Shown here: piece after piece, positions 37,719 through 51,871 of the stretch
How positions within the stretch are numbered: position 1 is the stretch's first letter
Layout of the letters: each line of letters opens with the position of its first letter
From: Octopus sinensis
Lineage: Eukaryota
Assembly: GCF_006345805.1 (NCBI RefSeq)
Contig: NC_042999.1
Span: 99,758,001-99,822,000 of the forward strand
DNA length: 64,000 nucleotides
Direction: 5' to 3'
The notes under the pieces: model-generated
Told to the model about the DNA's origin: nothing
The model's input: the letters and a program-made list of their open reading frames with translations, nothing else
Databases searched by the model: none
Program-made: the position numbers and the translations under genes

Positions 37719-40204
37719 CTGTCAATGAATTCCAATTATCTTTCAGTAGTAAAATACGAATACATTGATTAAAAGGTGGTATTAAGAATGAAACATCACG
37801 ATTATTTCAACTCTAACAGTGTTAAAGTAAACGACCCAATTTAGCAAATATTTGGAAACCATAAAAATATTTTTGTTTAAGGAACAAGATAACATCGAGA
37901 ACTGCAAATGAAGTGGAGAAGCACCGTTATGGAAGTAGTTTGTGTCATGAATCTAAATTATACTCCTTTGATACGGTCTTTCGGTATTTAAGCTGATTGT
38001 ATTAGAACATAATTGGATCAAAAAGTATTTACAGCTACTATTTATATACAATTGATGTTAATGCTCATATTTATTTTGCCTCTTCATATCAGAGAAATAA
38101 ACGTTTTGATATTAACCATAATTAAAACGCCAAATACCGCAAGCCATCTAGCGAGCCTCTACGTGGTAGCTAGACTTGCAAGGAATAGCAGCGAAATTTC
38201 TGTCAACTCACATCCTACTATTTTGAAAGAAAAAAAGCCGATTCATTGAATGATATTGTCCTGGTTATATACAAATTCGGTTTGAACAAGGCTTGTCCTG
38301 AAACATTTGACCATTGATCTGCTCGATCAAAGTTGAAGTGGGACTAAATAACGTGAAGTATTGCTAGATTTCCGTATGCAATGTTGTAATTCAGTCGAAG
38401 ATACTAAATTTTCTTATTGACTTTAGTATTCAAGATTTAACTTTAGGTGAATAAAAATGGCTGCATACAAAAGACAACATAATGCCTGCTTATGAGGTAG
38501 AGGACGCTTTTATGTCAGAAGAAAGAATTTGGCATTAACTACTAACAAGGCTGTATTTAAAATCATATTGGCAAACCACGTTTATTTTATTTTTAAAAAT
38601 CACTATTCATTAAAAAATATACTAACAAAATGTTAAAAAGTTGGAATATGGAAATAAGCATCCCATCTTGCCGTTTTCTATTTTTTTGAAAATTCCTTTG
38701 AATTTTCGTTTCAAACACATTATAATTACTTCAGGAATGTAATGGCGAACGCAAAGAAATTTAAATATATGTTTCTAAAATTCTGAGTAAGTTAAAAAAA
38801 TATTGTCTTTTAATAAAATAAAATCAACAAAAATATATAGCAGTAAGATGAATTTAAAAGATTGTAGGTCTCTGGACGCGGGCCTAGGCTGTATCTATCG
38901 ACACAGGCTGTATCTACTCAAATAACTAGCATGCCAAATGTATTTTTAACTGAAGAAATCATATTTGATAATACTTAGCAATATCAGATGTCAAACGTTA
39001 TGTAATGATTATCAACACTCGGAGAATTCACAACATAACGCTTGTGTACGCTTTTATTTCTGAGTGATCTGTAAGAGGATATCCTAAAGATACAGCATCT
39101 TAGCACTTTACCAACTTGCAGCCCAAATGTGCAGCATCAGTTAATATATTTCAATGTGACAAACTACTTTTGAATCCAGGAGTAAAATATTCAGTTACTA
39201 GAACAATAACGAATTGTATTCGACTACTCTAAGCACATGTTCATCCCCACCTTTATTGAACATTATTAGCTTATCTTAAAGGTTCTGACACACCTACTTA
39301 GTTACACTCGTGTCAAATTTTGGAGCACTTTTCCCATTTAGGTTACCAAATGAGTAGCATATCACAAACGCAGCTATTCATCAACAATAGTGATCTCATA
39401 CAATGTAGCCACTACTACGACAAGGAATTAACAATTAAATTTACACAAATAAAGAATTAAATTTTCAATTATTTTAACACTAAATAGCTAACACTAAATA
39501 TCTACAGTAATTACTGTAGATACGCCCCCTGCCAACGGTTATATCATTAAAATTATATATGCACCAGCTCGTCGTAACCCTGGGCAGGATAAAGTGATTA
39601 GCAGAAACAGTATATTCTTTAACTATATATTCCAGTTGACATTGCAATGGAGAAGTGAGAGAAAGGTTGAATAAAAATAGAAGAAAGGAGGAACAAATAA
39701 ATATGAAGATAGCAAGAGACAGAGAATTAGAAAAGGTGACTTGAGAGGAGGAAAGTGAAAGTAACGCGCACGGGCGCGAGAGGAAGAAACAGAGAGATAG
39801 AGAAACATGATAAAGATGCGAATGCTAGTAGAATCAATATTTAAGGTAGGGTATGGGGAATAGTTTCTGTGCTAATTACCTACTCTCTAATTATCGATAT
39901 TGACTGCACAATGACGTAAAATCAAACAAATTGACCAGAACAGTATAAAATTAGTAGATTTCCTGTAGCTGGCACACATATGTCGATGTTTACTCCTGCT
40001 CAGCTCTACAATTCTGCCTGCCTTTTGCATCATGTTACCCGTGTCTTTAATTAATTTTGATCTGTTTACTTTGTGCTAAACATTAACTCCATTTAATAAA
40101 GTAAGTAGACACAGAAATGTGCTGTTCATTAGCTGAGAAACTAATATATTTTCTAGATTTGCAGTGCTGCTGCTAAAATCTAAATACACATCTTGATATT
40201 TTAG

Positions 40205-40339
40205 AAGATTGTGGACAAAAGGTGTTTAAGAACATATCCTGAGGGATTATACTTCTTTATAAGAAGCTCTAAGCTAAAATTAAGATATAATGTTAACGAA
40301 AGTATTAATTTTCAAGGATTTAATGATGCTGTAATTCCA
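40205..40339 (+). CDS. Candidate exon resembling the C-terminal half of a CUB domain
   Basis: ttgatattttag|AAG ... CCA|gtaaga, 135 nt, phase 0-0; KIVDKRCLRTYPEGLYFFIRSSKLKLRYNVNESINFQGFNDAVIP echoes the CUB pattern C...P.....S..L.L.F....S....GF. Confidence 0.3.
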
Positions 40340-41735
40340 GTAAGAAAATTAATGAAAAATAAGCAAAGATTTCTAGCAGTTATGTCAGCATAGCTTAATC
40401 ACTAAGTTAGCTATGAAGCCAAGTTCGATCGTTGCATTTTGATAATTTCATCTCGCTTATTGAAAGACAGTTATAACCGCTGTGGTAGTATCTTATTGAA
40501 TCAATAATTCAAATAAAGTTTGCAGCAGATCCTATCTTACACCAGTGTATGAGTAATTATTTGCTTTGTGAATTTATTTACAAATTTAATATTATTATCC
40601 CTATCAAATACCTACTTACATGCATGAAGTTATTCATAACATTAAAAACGTAAGACCAAAGTAGGAAACGACGAATGAAGAATGTATAAGAACAAGTTAA
40701 ATTAATATGAATATTTAAGCAGCTCGTTAAATATAAAAGGAACTGAAGAACTTTTATAAATATGATCATTTTGGGGATAAAATCAATTAAAAATTTACTT
40801 TTACAGTGGATGAGGCAAAATACGCTATTGATATTATATTGCATGTCATTTTTAAAATTGGTAATGCTTGATTCATATTTGATCTACATATTAAAAACGA
40901 CGTGAACCATTCACTGATTTGGATTATAAGTGTGTGTGAAATATTTTTAAATCATAAAATATATAATTCTAGTTGATCTAACTCCTAGTCAATCTTAATG
41001 AAACAGTCTTAAGACTTTCTAACAATGACTTTAATGCAGGAAACTCAGGGCCACATTATTCAACGGGTAGTTTTCTAAAGCTGTAGAGAGATTTCTACTT
41101 GATCGAGCAAGCACAGAGATGCTTACTTGTAACTCCATGTTTAAAAATCTTCGCAAAATATGAGTCTCTTTTTATGTTTACAATGATATGTCTGAAGGTA
41201 CCGTCTCAGCTGTGCATATGTTATGAAATTTTACATTTCCAATTAGGCAATTTTGTATTCTCAAGTGAAACACATCGAAACAATCTTTATTTCATAGAAC
41301 TCTCAAGGGCTTAGCTTTATATGTCACAATTTTATGCTAAATACTTTAGTCACATATCACTAATTAATGGTTCGTTTGATGTCATCACACTTTGAATTCT
41401 GATAATTATTCCTATTTTGACATATTACAGATTTAGAGTTGTGTGGATAAGCAAGTGCTACGAAAATTTAGTGATGCATGATATACTAATTTTAGAAACC
41501 CCACTTGAGTCTTAATTGCCGGATTCACATGGCGCCAAATAGTTTAGTTCGGATGTGTGTGTGTAAGCGAGTGTGTGCGTGTGTGTGCATGTATGAAAGA
41601 ACACAAATGGGGCTTTAAAGTGACTACACCTCTTGCGATAGCATTTCGTTTTTGTATTCGTATATTACATCATATAAATCCATCACCCTTAGATAAATGA
41701 ATCCAGTAACCGATCAATATTACGTAATGTTTATA

Positions 41736-41862
41736 AAGGCGGCGAGTTGGCAGCCTTTTATCATTTTGGGGTCGATAAAATAAGTACCCATTGAATACTG
41801 GGATTGCTGTAATCAACTAGACACCCCCACCTCAAAATCTCAGGTTTTGTGCCTGTAGTAAA
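41736..41862 (+). mobile_element. SINE family A with internal deletion, followed by a (TAT)n tail
   Basis: AAGGCGGCGAGTTGGCAG joined directly to CCTTTTATCATTTTGGGGTCGATAAAATAAGTACC. Confidence 0.8.
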
Positions 41863-41921
<59 letters not shown>

Positions 41922-41929
41922 CATCATCA

Positions 41930-43255
41930 TTGTTATTTACTTTTAATCTGCATGTTTGTTACAATCTCTTACTTGCCGGAATACACCCACCATCCTAGGG
42001 CGATTGAACAATAAGAGATGTCACGGAGGAGTGGCAGGGGCAGTAGCAAAATATCTTCACGTAATATAAAACAGACATTTAAATTGATAGGGCTTTTCTA
42101 AGGATTTGGGCAGTATTGTCAGCACAATCTTTTGGATTTCTCTAAGATATGGTTCTCCTGGGATATTATCTAGATGCTTCTGGCATCCATTTCTTATCAT
42201 ACCTAGGGCACCCACAATAACATGAACTGTTCCTGCTTTAAGATGCCACATCTTTTGTATTTAAATTCTATTTCAGGTTCCTTTTATTTACTTAATTTCC
42301 CAAATTCCTTTACAGATATATTTGTGCCAGTGGGAACACTTACATCTATTACTCTACAAATATTTTCTTCCTACTCTTTAATGACTATGTCTGGTCGATT
42401 TCCAGGATCTTTCTGTCGGTGTTGATTGGAAAATCTCAGAGGATAGTGAAATTTTTACTTTCAACGACTGGCTCAGGATGATGTTTTTAGCAGTAAGCAT
42501 GAGTGCTGATGTTGTAGTGTTTACATATTTTCCATTGTAAATATTATTCTATCCTATCGAGCGATTTTTGTATTCGTCTGGTGTCAGCACAGGACATCCC
42601 GAGGCGAAACGTTATATTGTTTGGCCAAATGTATTGCAGAATCTGCATTTACGGTCAGAACTATTTTGGAGAACGATAGCCTTGTAGTTTTTGGTAAACA
42701 AACTTTGACCTTGTGACGCCAATATGGAACCTTCATTCTCTGCTTTCAGTCCTGAACTTCTCAGCTACTGATGAATTATTGCTTGGTCTAATTCAACATT
42801 TCGACTTCGAAGTATATACTGTCCATGCAGAGGCTTCTGTCTCCACTGCTCCTTAATTTGCTTCTGCCCGTTCTTTTTTTGCATTCTGCTTGATCTATTT
42901 TACTCGTTTAGTGGCAATGGCTTCAGGTTCTTCATCTAGTTCAGAGTTAATACCAAGTTCTATTGCGAATTTGCAAGTTTCCTTGTTAATAGAATGTGAC
43001 TTTTGGTGCTTTCGTGTTTGTACACAAGCCAAGACGTCCAGTCCGCCAAACATAAGTACCTGTTCATTGCTATTGTGGAGGTCTTATAACACAGTTCTAC
43101 CTTCATCATTCCTTTTCCGATATTACTTCTAGATAGGTACAGACGATCAACGTCTGCTTTTGGGTGGTGCATGTTCTGAGTTTTCGTATCATCCTTTCAG
43201 GCGCTGGAGCTCTGTAAGATGCCAGTTAATAATTATAAAACTGTATTAGACTGTA
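41930..43255 (-). mobile_element. R4/Dong-clade non-LTR retrotransposon, 5'-truncated, with 3' UTR and (TAA)n tail
   Basis: Peptides YSF.IINW, HHPKADVDRLYL, HGQY, WLRSSGLKAENEGS, MWHLKAGTVHVIVGALGMI...IPGEPYLREIQKIVL; 3' UTR CCCTAGGATGGTGGGTGTATTCCGGCAAG; tail 41863-41930. Confidence 0.9.
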
Positions 43256-43259
43256 TGTA

Positions 43260-43625
43260 GGCGCAGGAGTGGCTGTGTGGTAAGTAGCTTGCTAACCAAC
43301 CACACGGTTGCGGGTTCAGTCCCACTGCGTGGCATCTTGGGCAAGTGTCTTCTGCTATAGCCCCGGGCCGACCAATGCCTTGTGAGTGGATTTGGTAGAC
43401 GGAAACTGAAAGAAGCCTGTCGTATATATGTATATATATGTATATGTGTGTGTGTTTGTGTGTCTGTGTTTGTCCCCCTAGCATTGCTTGACAACCGATG
43501 CTGGTGTGTTTAGGTCCCCGTCACTTAGCGGTTCGGCAAAAAGAGACCGATAAAATAAGTACTAAAAGGTGGTGCTCCAGCATGGCCGCAGTCAAATGAC
43601 TGAAACAAGTAAAAGAGTAAAAGAG
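43260..43625 (+). mobile_element. SINE family B, young copy with 42-bp deletion
   Basis: Nearly identical to 24441-24840 but lacks the equivalent of 24747-24788; junction AAGTACT|AAA. Confidence 0.95.
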
Positions 43626-43665
43626 AAAAGAGAGAGAGACTACTGGATGTGTCAGGGTTAATATT

Positions 43666-43798
43666 AAGGCGGGGAGCTGGCAGGTTTGTCTTTCTTCCCT
43701 TTGGGTCGATGAAATTAAGTACCAACGGAAAACTGGGGTTGGTTTAATCGACATGCCACTTCCCAAACTTGCTGATTTCGTGCCAAAATTTGAAATCT
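43666..43798 (+). mobile_element. SINE family A with internal deletion
   Basis: AAGGCGGGGAGCTGGCAG joined to GTTTGTCTTTCTTCCCTTTGGGTCGATGAAATTAAGTACC; ends GTGCCAAAATTTGAAATC. Confidence 0.75.
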
Positions 43799-43842
43799 AT
43801 ATATATGTGTATATGTGTGCGTGTGTATGCGCGTGTTTAGGC

Positions 43843-43887
<45 letters not shown>

Positions 43888-44499
43888 GAAGGACCGAAAG
43901 CTGAGATTAAATGCTGGAATTATCTTAAAATTTAGTTTTCTACTCAGTTCTGTTAATAGGTTGAGGTAGATTTAAAACAATATACGTAATAAAAAGACTT
44001 ACTAGACATTATGTCTCTTTTAGTAAAATAATAAATATTACGATGAAAAAATATGATAAAGCATTTAGTTTATGAAATGGTATCTAAGCTGTATTATAAA
44101 ACGTCATCACGTCATAACGTATATCTATCTTGCTACATTAATTATATATTTTGGGGAAATAAATTAAAACTTTAATACAACTTATTCTGATTTAATGAAT
44201 TCTGATCTATAAATGGTGATGTGTTCTCCGTCTAAGGAGTCGGTTGTTCCATCACCTGAAATATCTACTCTTTCAATTAGTATATAAATAGTTGGGTTAG
44301 GGTTAGGCAGAGCGTGGATCATTCTGACTAGAAATCTGAATCGTATTTACAATCCGTCTAACCTGCTTCCACACAGTTTCTGTCTACTCACTCTCACTCA
44401 CAAGACTTCGGTCAACCCGAACTATGATAAAAAGATGAACACCACAGATGCTATACATTACTATTCAGAAATCAATAATAATAATTATTATTATTATTG

Positions 44500-44689
44500 T
44501 TATTTCAAATTTTTGCCACATGGGCAGTTTGGGGGAGGTGGGGATGAGTCGATTACATCGACCCTAGTGTTCAACTGGTACTTATTTTACCGACCCCAAA
44601 GAATGAAAGGCAAAGTCGACCTCGGAAGTCGTCCTAATACAGCTAAGCATTTCGCCTGGTGTGCTAATGATTCTGCCAATTCACCGCCT

Positions 44690-44752
<63 letters not shown>

Positions 44753-45105
44753 GTTTCAGAATTTGGCATGAGGACAATAACTTAGTGGGAAGGGGTGCGT
44801 CAATTACATCGACCCTAGTGTTCAACAGGTATATATTATATCGACTTCATAAGGATGGAAGGGAAAGTCGACCTCGACGGAATTTGAAACTCAGAAATTT
44901 AAGACGGACGAAATGCTTCTAAGCATTTTGCCCGGCATCTAAAAGATTCTCCCAACTTACTTGCTCAATAATAACAACAACAATAATAATACTAATAATA
45001 ATGATTTCCACTAAAGGCACCAGGCCTAAAATTTGAGGAGAGGAACAAGTCGTTAAACACCGACCCAGTTTTCTACTGGTACTTATTTTATCGACCCTGA
45101 AATGA
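44500..45105 (-). mobile_element. Head-to-tail array of three family A SINEs separated by (TAA)n
   Basis: GATTACATCGACCCTAGTGTTCAAC-GGTA...AAAGTCGACCTCG occurs at about 44551 and 44804, partial third copy at about 45010-45100; (TAA)n at 44692-44748. Confidence 0.85.
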
Positions 45106-45114
45106 TAATAATAT

Positions 45115-45458
45115 TAGCAAGAGCTCTCAGAGACCGTAAATCTCCGCCAAGGCAACACTAACGTCCTCTCAACGATTAGCCGGAAATGATTTTTAAAATG
45201 AGTATATCTGCAATAATCTCGAGTGCTCTCACAAACGAGAATACTAAAAATGAACTCGACCGCTCTCAAAAATTAAGTAAAAAAAAAAGGCAGAAAAATA
45301 ATCCAGAATCCTTGTCCTGTACCGGATCGATCCCCAAATCTACTCAGTTCGTGCCAACCACCAGGCCAAACATCCATGAAAGTTTCATCCGAATCCATCC
45401 AGTGGTTCTTGAGACATCTTATCCACGAATGAAAACAATAAAAAGCGGAGGTAATAAT
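45115..45458 (+). mobile_element. Probable Helentron-associated (HINE/DINE-1-like) non-autonomous element
   Basis: 5' subterminal ATCTCCGCC (about 45140) versus 3' GCGGAGGT (45445-52); core AAAGTTTCATCCGAATCCATCCAGTGGTTCTTGAGAC resembles the DINE-1/HINE core motif. Confidence 0.55.
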
Positions 45459-45653
45459 AATTTCCAGCTGAGATATTAAGGACGGACATTCGGAGGGAGT
45501 GAATAGCTGTGCATTACTCTTGAAGGAATTTCCAAGATTTTGTTTCGGTGTAAGCTCTCAATGTGTCTTATTTTGTGTCACTACATGACTAATCAAGCTC
45601 TTATCTGAAAGAAGAATACTTTTTTAAAACACGATTGACCTTAGGGTCTCTGT

Positions 45654-45685
<32 letters not shown>

Positions 45686-47626
45686 GAGCCTGATTTCTGG
45701 TCAATTGTTGCAACTGATGTATTATCAATTCTCTATCTAATATTGTGATTGGATTGCTGACCTATATTATGCCAGTTTTTTCGGTCATTGTGTGTGGAAG
45801 TTCTAGGCAATATATTCTATCTGTAATAATAGTAGAAAAGGTACATTTAAACAGCCGCGAGGAGAGTGATCTAGTGCTGATAATTTATGGGAAGTAGCCA
45901 AATTTAAATTTAACCTCTTAAAATAAACTCGAGTCAAAATATCTTAATTTTCCATTTTTGTTCACATTATAATCAAGTAGCAGGCAACATACTGTAAGTC
46001 TTTCCTCACCCACTAGACCTATAGCCAGAGACGTACTAGTCGTGACCATCTCGTCTCATCAGAGACTGAATTATCCGGTGTATTATCTTTCTCTTTCTCA
46101 TCATCAGTTTGCGATTAGGGGCATGTTGCGGACGTTATTGCTAGTAGGCGGAACGACCACATAGAACTTATTTCATTTGCTCTTTTTAGACGGTTATTTA
46201 GATGTATATTTTATATTATGATGATCCTTAAATGCCCTAATAACAATTGTTAGTTGTTCTGTACTATTAAATGCTTCAGTATGCTCAGTGTGTGAATAAC
46301 CTGATTCAAATAACAGTGTCTTTGAATACTAAGTTCAAATACTCTTGTGGGTTCTACCAAACTGAATTTTTCTCACACTACATCAAATAAATTAGGTATA
46401 AACTGATGGCACAACGATCTAATAATCAAAGAGAGAGTCAACATTTCTCAATAATAGAGAAGCTTAGAAAGCTACGAATTAAAATACTTGTGCCCGAGAA
46501 TCTGTACTTCCATCTCAAATATGTCCCTTTCAAAATCCACTAATGTTTACTTTACATTTTAATGATAATATTATCATCTGCAATATACTGATATCCTCTC
46601 AAACATGAAGCTACGCTATTTAGAATTGTGTCTAAATATAAATATGATATTGTACCAAAATACTAATTTCTTTCTTAAGCACAAAACCATAATTTTACAG
46701 GAGGTAAAATTTGATCCTAACGACTTGAAGTATTTGATTTTACCGAATAAGGAATGTTTTCGTCAAACGCAATGGAATTTGAACACACATAATCAATAAA
46801 TGCAACTAAATATGCGAGGCGTTTTGTCCAGTTCTCAACAAGTTCATAAAAAAACGGAAAATCCAATAACGTGGCAAAAGATATTGAGAGTGAGAAGGTA
46901 GAAATAGCAAGTCTTTAAATTAATATCAAGTTCGTTATTTATAATTTAAAGCCAAATAAGGTAGGAAGCAGTAAATTATTGGTGACAATTCACTCGACAA
47001 TAAGAGATCGTAAGTTTAAAATAAAATAGTGTGAATTTGTTTATTGTTAGAGTAGCCTCTCACCTATAAGTCTCATCGAGATCTTTTGTATAATTAAAAG
47101 TAATCAATATTGTGACACACTACGGTGCTATTAATCTTGCAACGAACTAAAGTTCACAAATTATCTTTACCCTCTTCGATAAATTTTGACCTTGTACGAA
47201 AGTATAAAATATGTATTTTCGTATATATGCTTCTGTTTCATTGACAGCAGAAATCTCATCTGTATTGCAAATAATACTTTTATTAATTCGAGTAATTAAA
47301 ACAATTTTAATTAGTGCAATCAAAACGTATTTCGTGACTTATGGCTCCGTTTGACCTATTCATTTATATTCTGAACAGTGCCTAAACTCGTGATACATGG
47401 TGATCCAGATAGAATAACGACACTTTAGATTAACGGATGGTTAAGTGAAGCTTTAGTCTCCATTGAGAATGTGTTGACTGTACTAAGATTAAAGGACTCC
47501 AAAAGTGTTCAATGGAAATGAGTAGTTTCAACATCTGTAGTATTATTCTGTAATGTGGGAGTTCCCAGCAGAGTAAATCGAAAGACCATTCTCTTAGAAA
47601 CGGCTACTGTAATATCATTATTATCT

Positions 47627-47949
<323 letters not shown>

Positions 47950-47968
47950 GTCTTTTTTTTCTTCTTCT

Positions 47969-48978
47969 TGGTAAGCCAGGGATCATTCTCATATAATTTT
48001 CGATTCCCTTCTTGATCATTCCTAGTGCTCCTACGATCACTGGTATTGTAACAGCTTTGAGATGCCACATTTTCTCAATTTCAATGAGCAGGTCTTTATA
48101 TTTTCTGAGCTTGTCAAACTCTTTCGCCGAGATATTATGATCACAGGGGATGCTCATGTCGACCAATAAGCAAACTTTATTCTCTTGGTCTTTCACAACA
48201 ATATCCGGTTTATTGGCTTTGATGGTTCGGTCTGTATGTACTGGAAAGTCCCACAGAATCGTTACATTTTCTCCTTCAGTTACAGCTTTAGGGTGGTGAT
48301 TATACCACTTGTCGGCAGTTTTGATATTGTAATGCCGACTTATTAGCCAGTGTAGATATTGGCCAACTCTGTCATGTCTTAATTTATACTCCACTGGTGC
48401 TAAGACTTTACATCCAGAGATTAGGTGGTCCACTGTTTCAATCATGTCGTTGCAGAATCGGCATTTTGGGTCTGCTCCATTTTATATCACATTGGCCTGG
48501 TAAGTTCCGGGTTAATAGGCTTTGATCTTGAGCAGCCAGGATGAAACCTTCGCTCTCTGATTTTAGCCCTGAGCTCCGTAGCCACTGATGGGTTTGCTTC
48601 TGGTCAACATCAGTTTGTTTGCTACGGGCCACATATTTGCCGTGCAGAGGTTTCTCCTCCCACCTATCAGCCAATTGCTCGTGCGCGTTTTTCGTTGCCA
48701 TTATATTCACCTTCTTTGCAACAATAGTTGCCGTACTTCCCTCGGGTTGTTCAGTTTGGGTATCCTGCACGAGATCAATAGCAAATTTTTTGCTTTCCTC
48801 TATGATAGAATGAAGCTTCTTTCGTCCCTCGTGATTTTCCACGAGCTTTAGCATTCAGTCATTCGTTATTTCAAGATATTTGGCCAGTCCAATTGTGGTT
48901 GCTTTGTAAGCTAGTTCAAATTGGATCAGGCCTCGACCTCCTTGGGCTCTGAGGAGGTAAAGGCGATCTACGTCTGCC

Positions 48979-48980
<2 letters not shown>
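47969..48980 (-). mobile_element. R4/Dong-clade LINE fragment (zinc knuckle plus restriction-like endonuclease), truncated at both ends, flanked by (TAA)n
   Basis: KADVDRLYL...GGRGL; WEEKPLHGKY..WLRSSGLKSESEGFILAAQDQSL; ETVDHLISGCKVLAPVEYKLRHDRV (CCHC/RHD); WDF...KANKPDIVV...LVDMSIP..KYKDL (PD-D/ExK REL domain); IVGALG. Confidence 0.95.
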
Positions 48981-49067
<87 letters not shown>

Positions 49068-49550
49068 GTTATTGGCAATGCCACTATGGCTGGCTTTGCT
49101 TTTCATCCACTCGGATCGATAAAATAAGTACCAGTTGAAAACTCGGGTCACCCGAGATTGCTGATCTTGCGCCAAAATGTAAAACCAACGTTGTCGTTGT
49201 CGTCGTCATCATCATCAACATCATCATCAACATCAACATCGTCGTCGTCGTCGTCGTCGTTTTTGTCGTTATTGTTATTGTCATTATTATTTAGAGTATT
49301 TAGACGCATAAACTGAAAGAATCTTTTGGGTATCCTAGAATATTAATGCGTTATTTATTCCGCCTATTTATGTATTTAGATTCTTGCCTCAATTCACGCC
49401 GTGGTCAACATTACCGTTCATCCTCTCTCTTTTGACAAATAACTACCAGTTAAGTACGGAGGTCGATATATAAAATCCCACGTCCCCTCAATAAAGCTGG
49501 TGTTGTGCCTATAGTAGAAAGAATTATGATTATCGTTATTATTATTATTC

Positions 49551-49640
<90 letters not shown>

Positions 49641-50423
49641 CATTATTTTATTTGTTGCTATTGTTGTTACATATATATGTATATATGCACGTGTGTGTGT
49701 GTGTACATATATACGAGAAAGTTAAATTCATAACTAGTGAATTTCTTCATTTCCTCCAAACGATCATTCGCAAGAATATATTGACTAACTACGAAAATAT
49801 ATGACGAAATCCATATCGCACTTATAAAGTAGTTATATTACTACGGATTATGATAACCGACTTCTTGTAATTAACTATTTCCTAATGATGTCGTAATTCA
49901 TCGTACGGATTATTATTGAACAGCTTTCAAAGTAAGGCTTTGAATGCCAATTTCAAATGTATTGGCTGTAGGGAAATTATCTATCAACATTTATTTATGC
50001 ACTTCTAGTCTCAGCAGGATAGAAATATAAATAAACTCTTTACATATTTGACTTCTGTTCTCTATATACTGTGAATCATTGTCAATGTAACATTAAAGCA
50101 AGTGAAATGTTCACATACTTCGGTATCAGTTTCTTCATGACAAGACGTAGGTTTAATTGAAGTAGTGGAGATGGAATAAATGTTTATTCTACCTTCGTGT
50201 GTTGATTTTGTTGCTGTCCTTTCGCTCGCCGTCTGCTCCAAATTGGGAAGCAGTCTTATGAGCAAAGCGTTCTCCCCATCACCATCCCCTCGTTTCGCAA
50301 ATGGTATTACGATGATCAATTATCTAGTTAATTCTATAGCTCTTTAAGATGGTCTATGAGGGATATGTGATTGCTCTTTAAAATTTCGAGCGATCATGTA
50401 GATGTCTTCAGTTCTGCCTTTAG

Positions 50424-50455
50424 TTTTGGGTTGACTTGAATTACATATGCATTGG
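50424..50455 (+). CDS. Candidate 32-nt exon (FWVDLNYICIG)
   Basis: gtcttcagttctgcctttag| ... TGG|gtaagt; only one of three frames is open. Confidence 0.2.
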
Positions 50456-51839
50456 GTAAGTCAGATTTTATAATAACACTCGCAAATTCTCAAACGTTTT
50501 GCGTTATGATTTGATTAAATTCAACACGGCCTCAAAAACATTGCGAATTCGACTGAAGGGAACTTAATTCAATTGCAAATTAATCGCAGTATATTACTCT
50601 AACCTGTATAATTGTTTTCTGGAAAGAGATATCAATTCATATTATTAAACAATGGTACAAATCATGTTAAATAAGCGATTACATTACGTGGAACATTATT
50701 TCCAGGGGTCTGAATATCCCAATCACCCAATCTCATTTCCCGATATATTTGAGCTTTTATTCTGAGACAAAATAACAATATACCATATATATATAACGTT
50801 ATTTTAAAACTAATTAAAGTTAAAACAAAATACTGAGGAATTTTATAGCAAGTATTTAAATACTAATTATATTAGCAATTACGTGTGGTGATATTGTTAG
50901 AGTATTGGGAAAGGACTTCTTAAAATTTCCTTCGAATTAATATTTTGTATATATTTTATTTTTTTATTTTTGTTTTTCCTAAATATATTACCGAAGTCAG
51001 AGAGTTGCATAAGTTCTTGGGAATTAGTTATGCAATTAAATATCTAGAGTTGAATTCCTAGAATTGCTGAATAGTAACATACTCAAGTTGTATGATTTTA
51101 ACACTAAATTGTTCTGAGAAGTAAATTCTTTCTTTGCACAAAGAAATGCGTTGACTAATTGTTAAAACTTTTCTGTTTTTTTTTATACAATCAGTAAAAT
51201 AAAAATTCAAATCAGAGTAGATTTGCAGAGATTTTTGAGATGAGAATTTAAATTGGGGGGAAATACGTACATACAAAGAGAAAGAACAAATATATTCTTC
51301 TGATGTAAGTTTAAGAGGTCGCGTATTTTGTATTAAAAAACAATAATGTTAACTGAGTTGAATTAGTTCACTTAGAAAATCTGAGTGAACATTAACTGTT
51401 TTATGACAAAAAAATATATGAAATTAACTTGCGATGAAAACTTTAGCCTTTGAAGATTCTAATGATTGGTTCTCATCATCTATACAGCTCTTATTCTTTT
51501 CAAGAAAAAGACAGATGCCGATAGTAAATCAAATCCTGAATAAATTCTAAATAGGTTTTCCATATATTGACTATATATAAAGTTTTAAATGTTTCCTGTT
51601 TGCAGCGGATTTCCTTATAATGAACTTAGCTGCTTTTTATTCTCACGAACGCTTCAACGTTATGTCTTTCTATTTATTATATTAATTTTCTTTGTTTACC
51701 TTAAATCTTGCCTAACTCAAGATCGTTACTATGGAAGAAACATGAGAGATTTCAAGAAATGCATACCTGAATTTGAGATTAGTCAATTAATTGAATAAAC
51801 AAATATTGGCTAAATTGTCGGTTACATGGCCGTAGAATT

Positions 51840-51871
<32 letters not shown>

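Noticed and set aside
50062-50319. 85-aa minus-strand ORF with natural-looking composition
   Set aside because: No acceptor or ATG, an in-frame stop immediately upstream, and no recognisable family.
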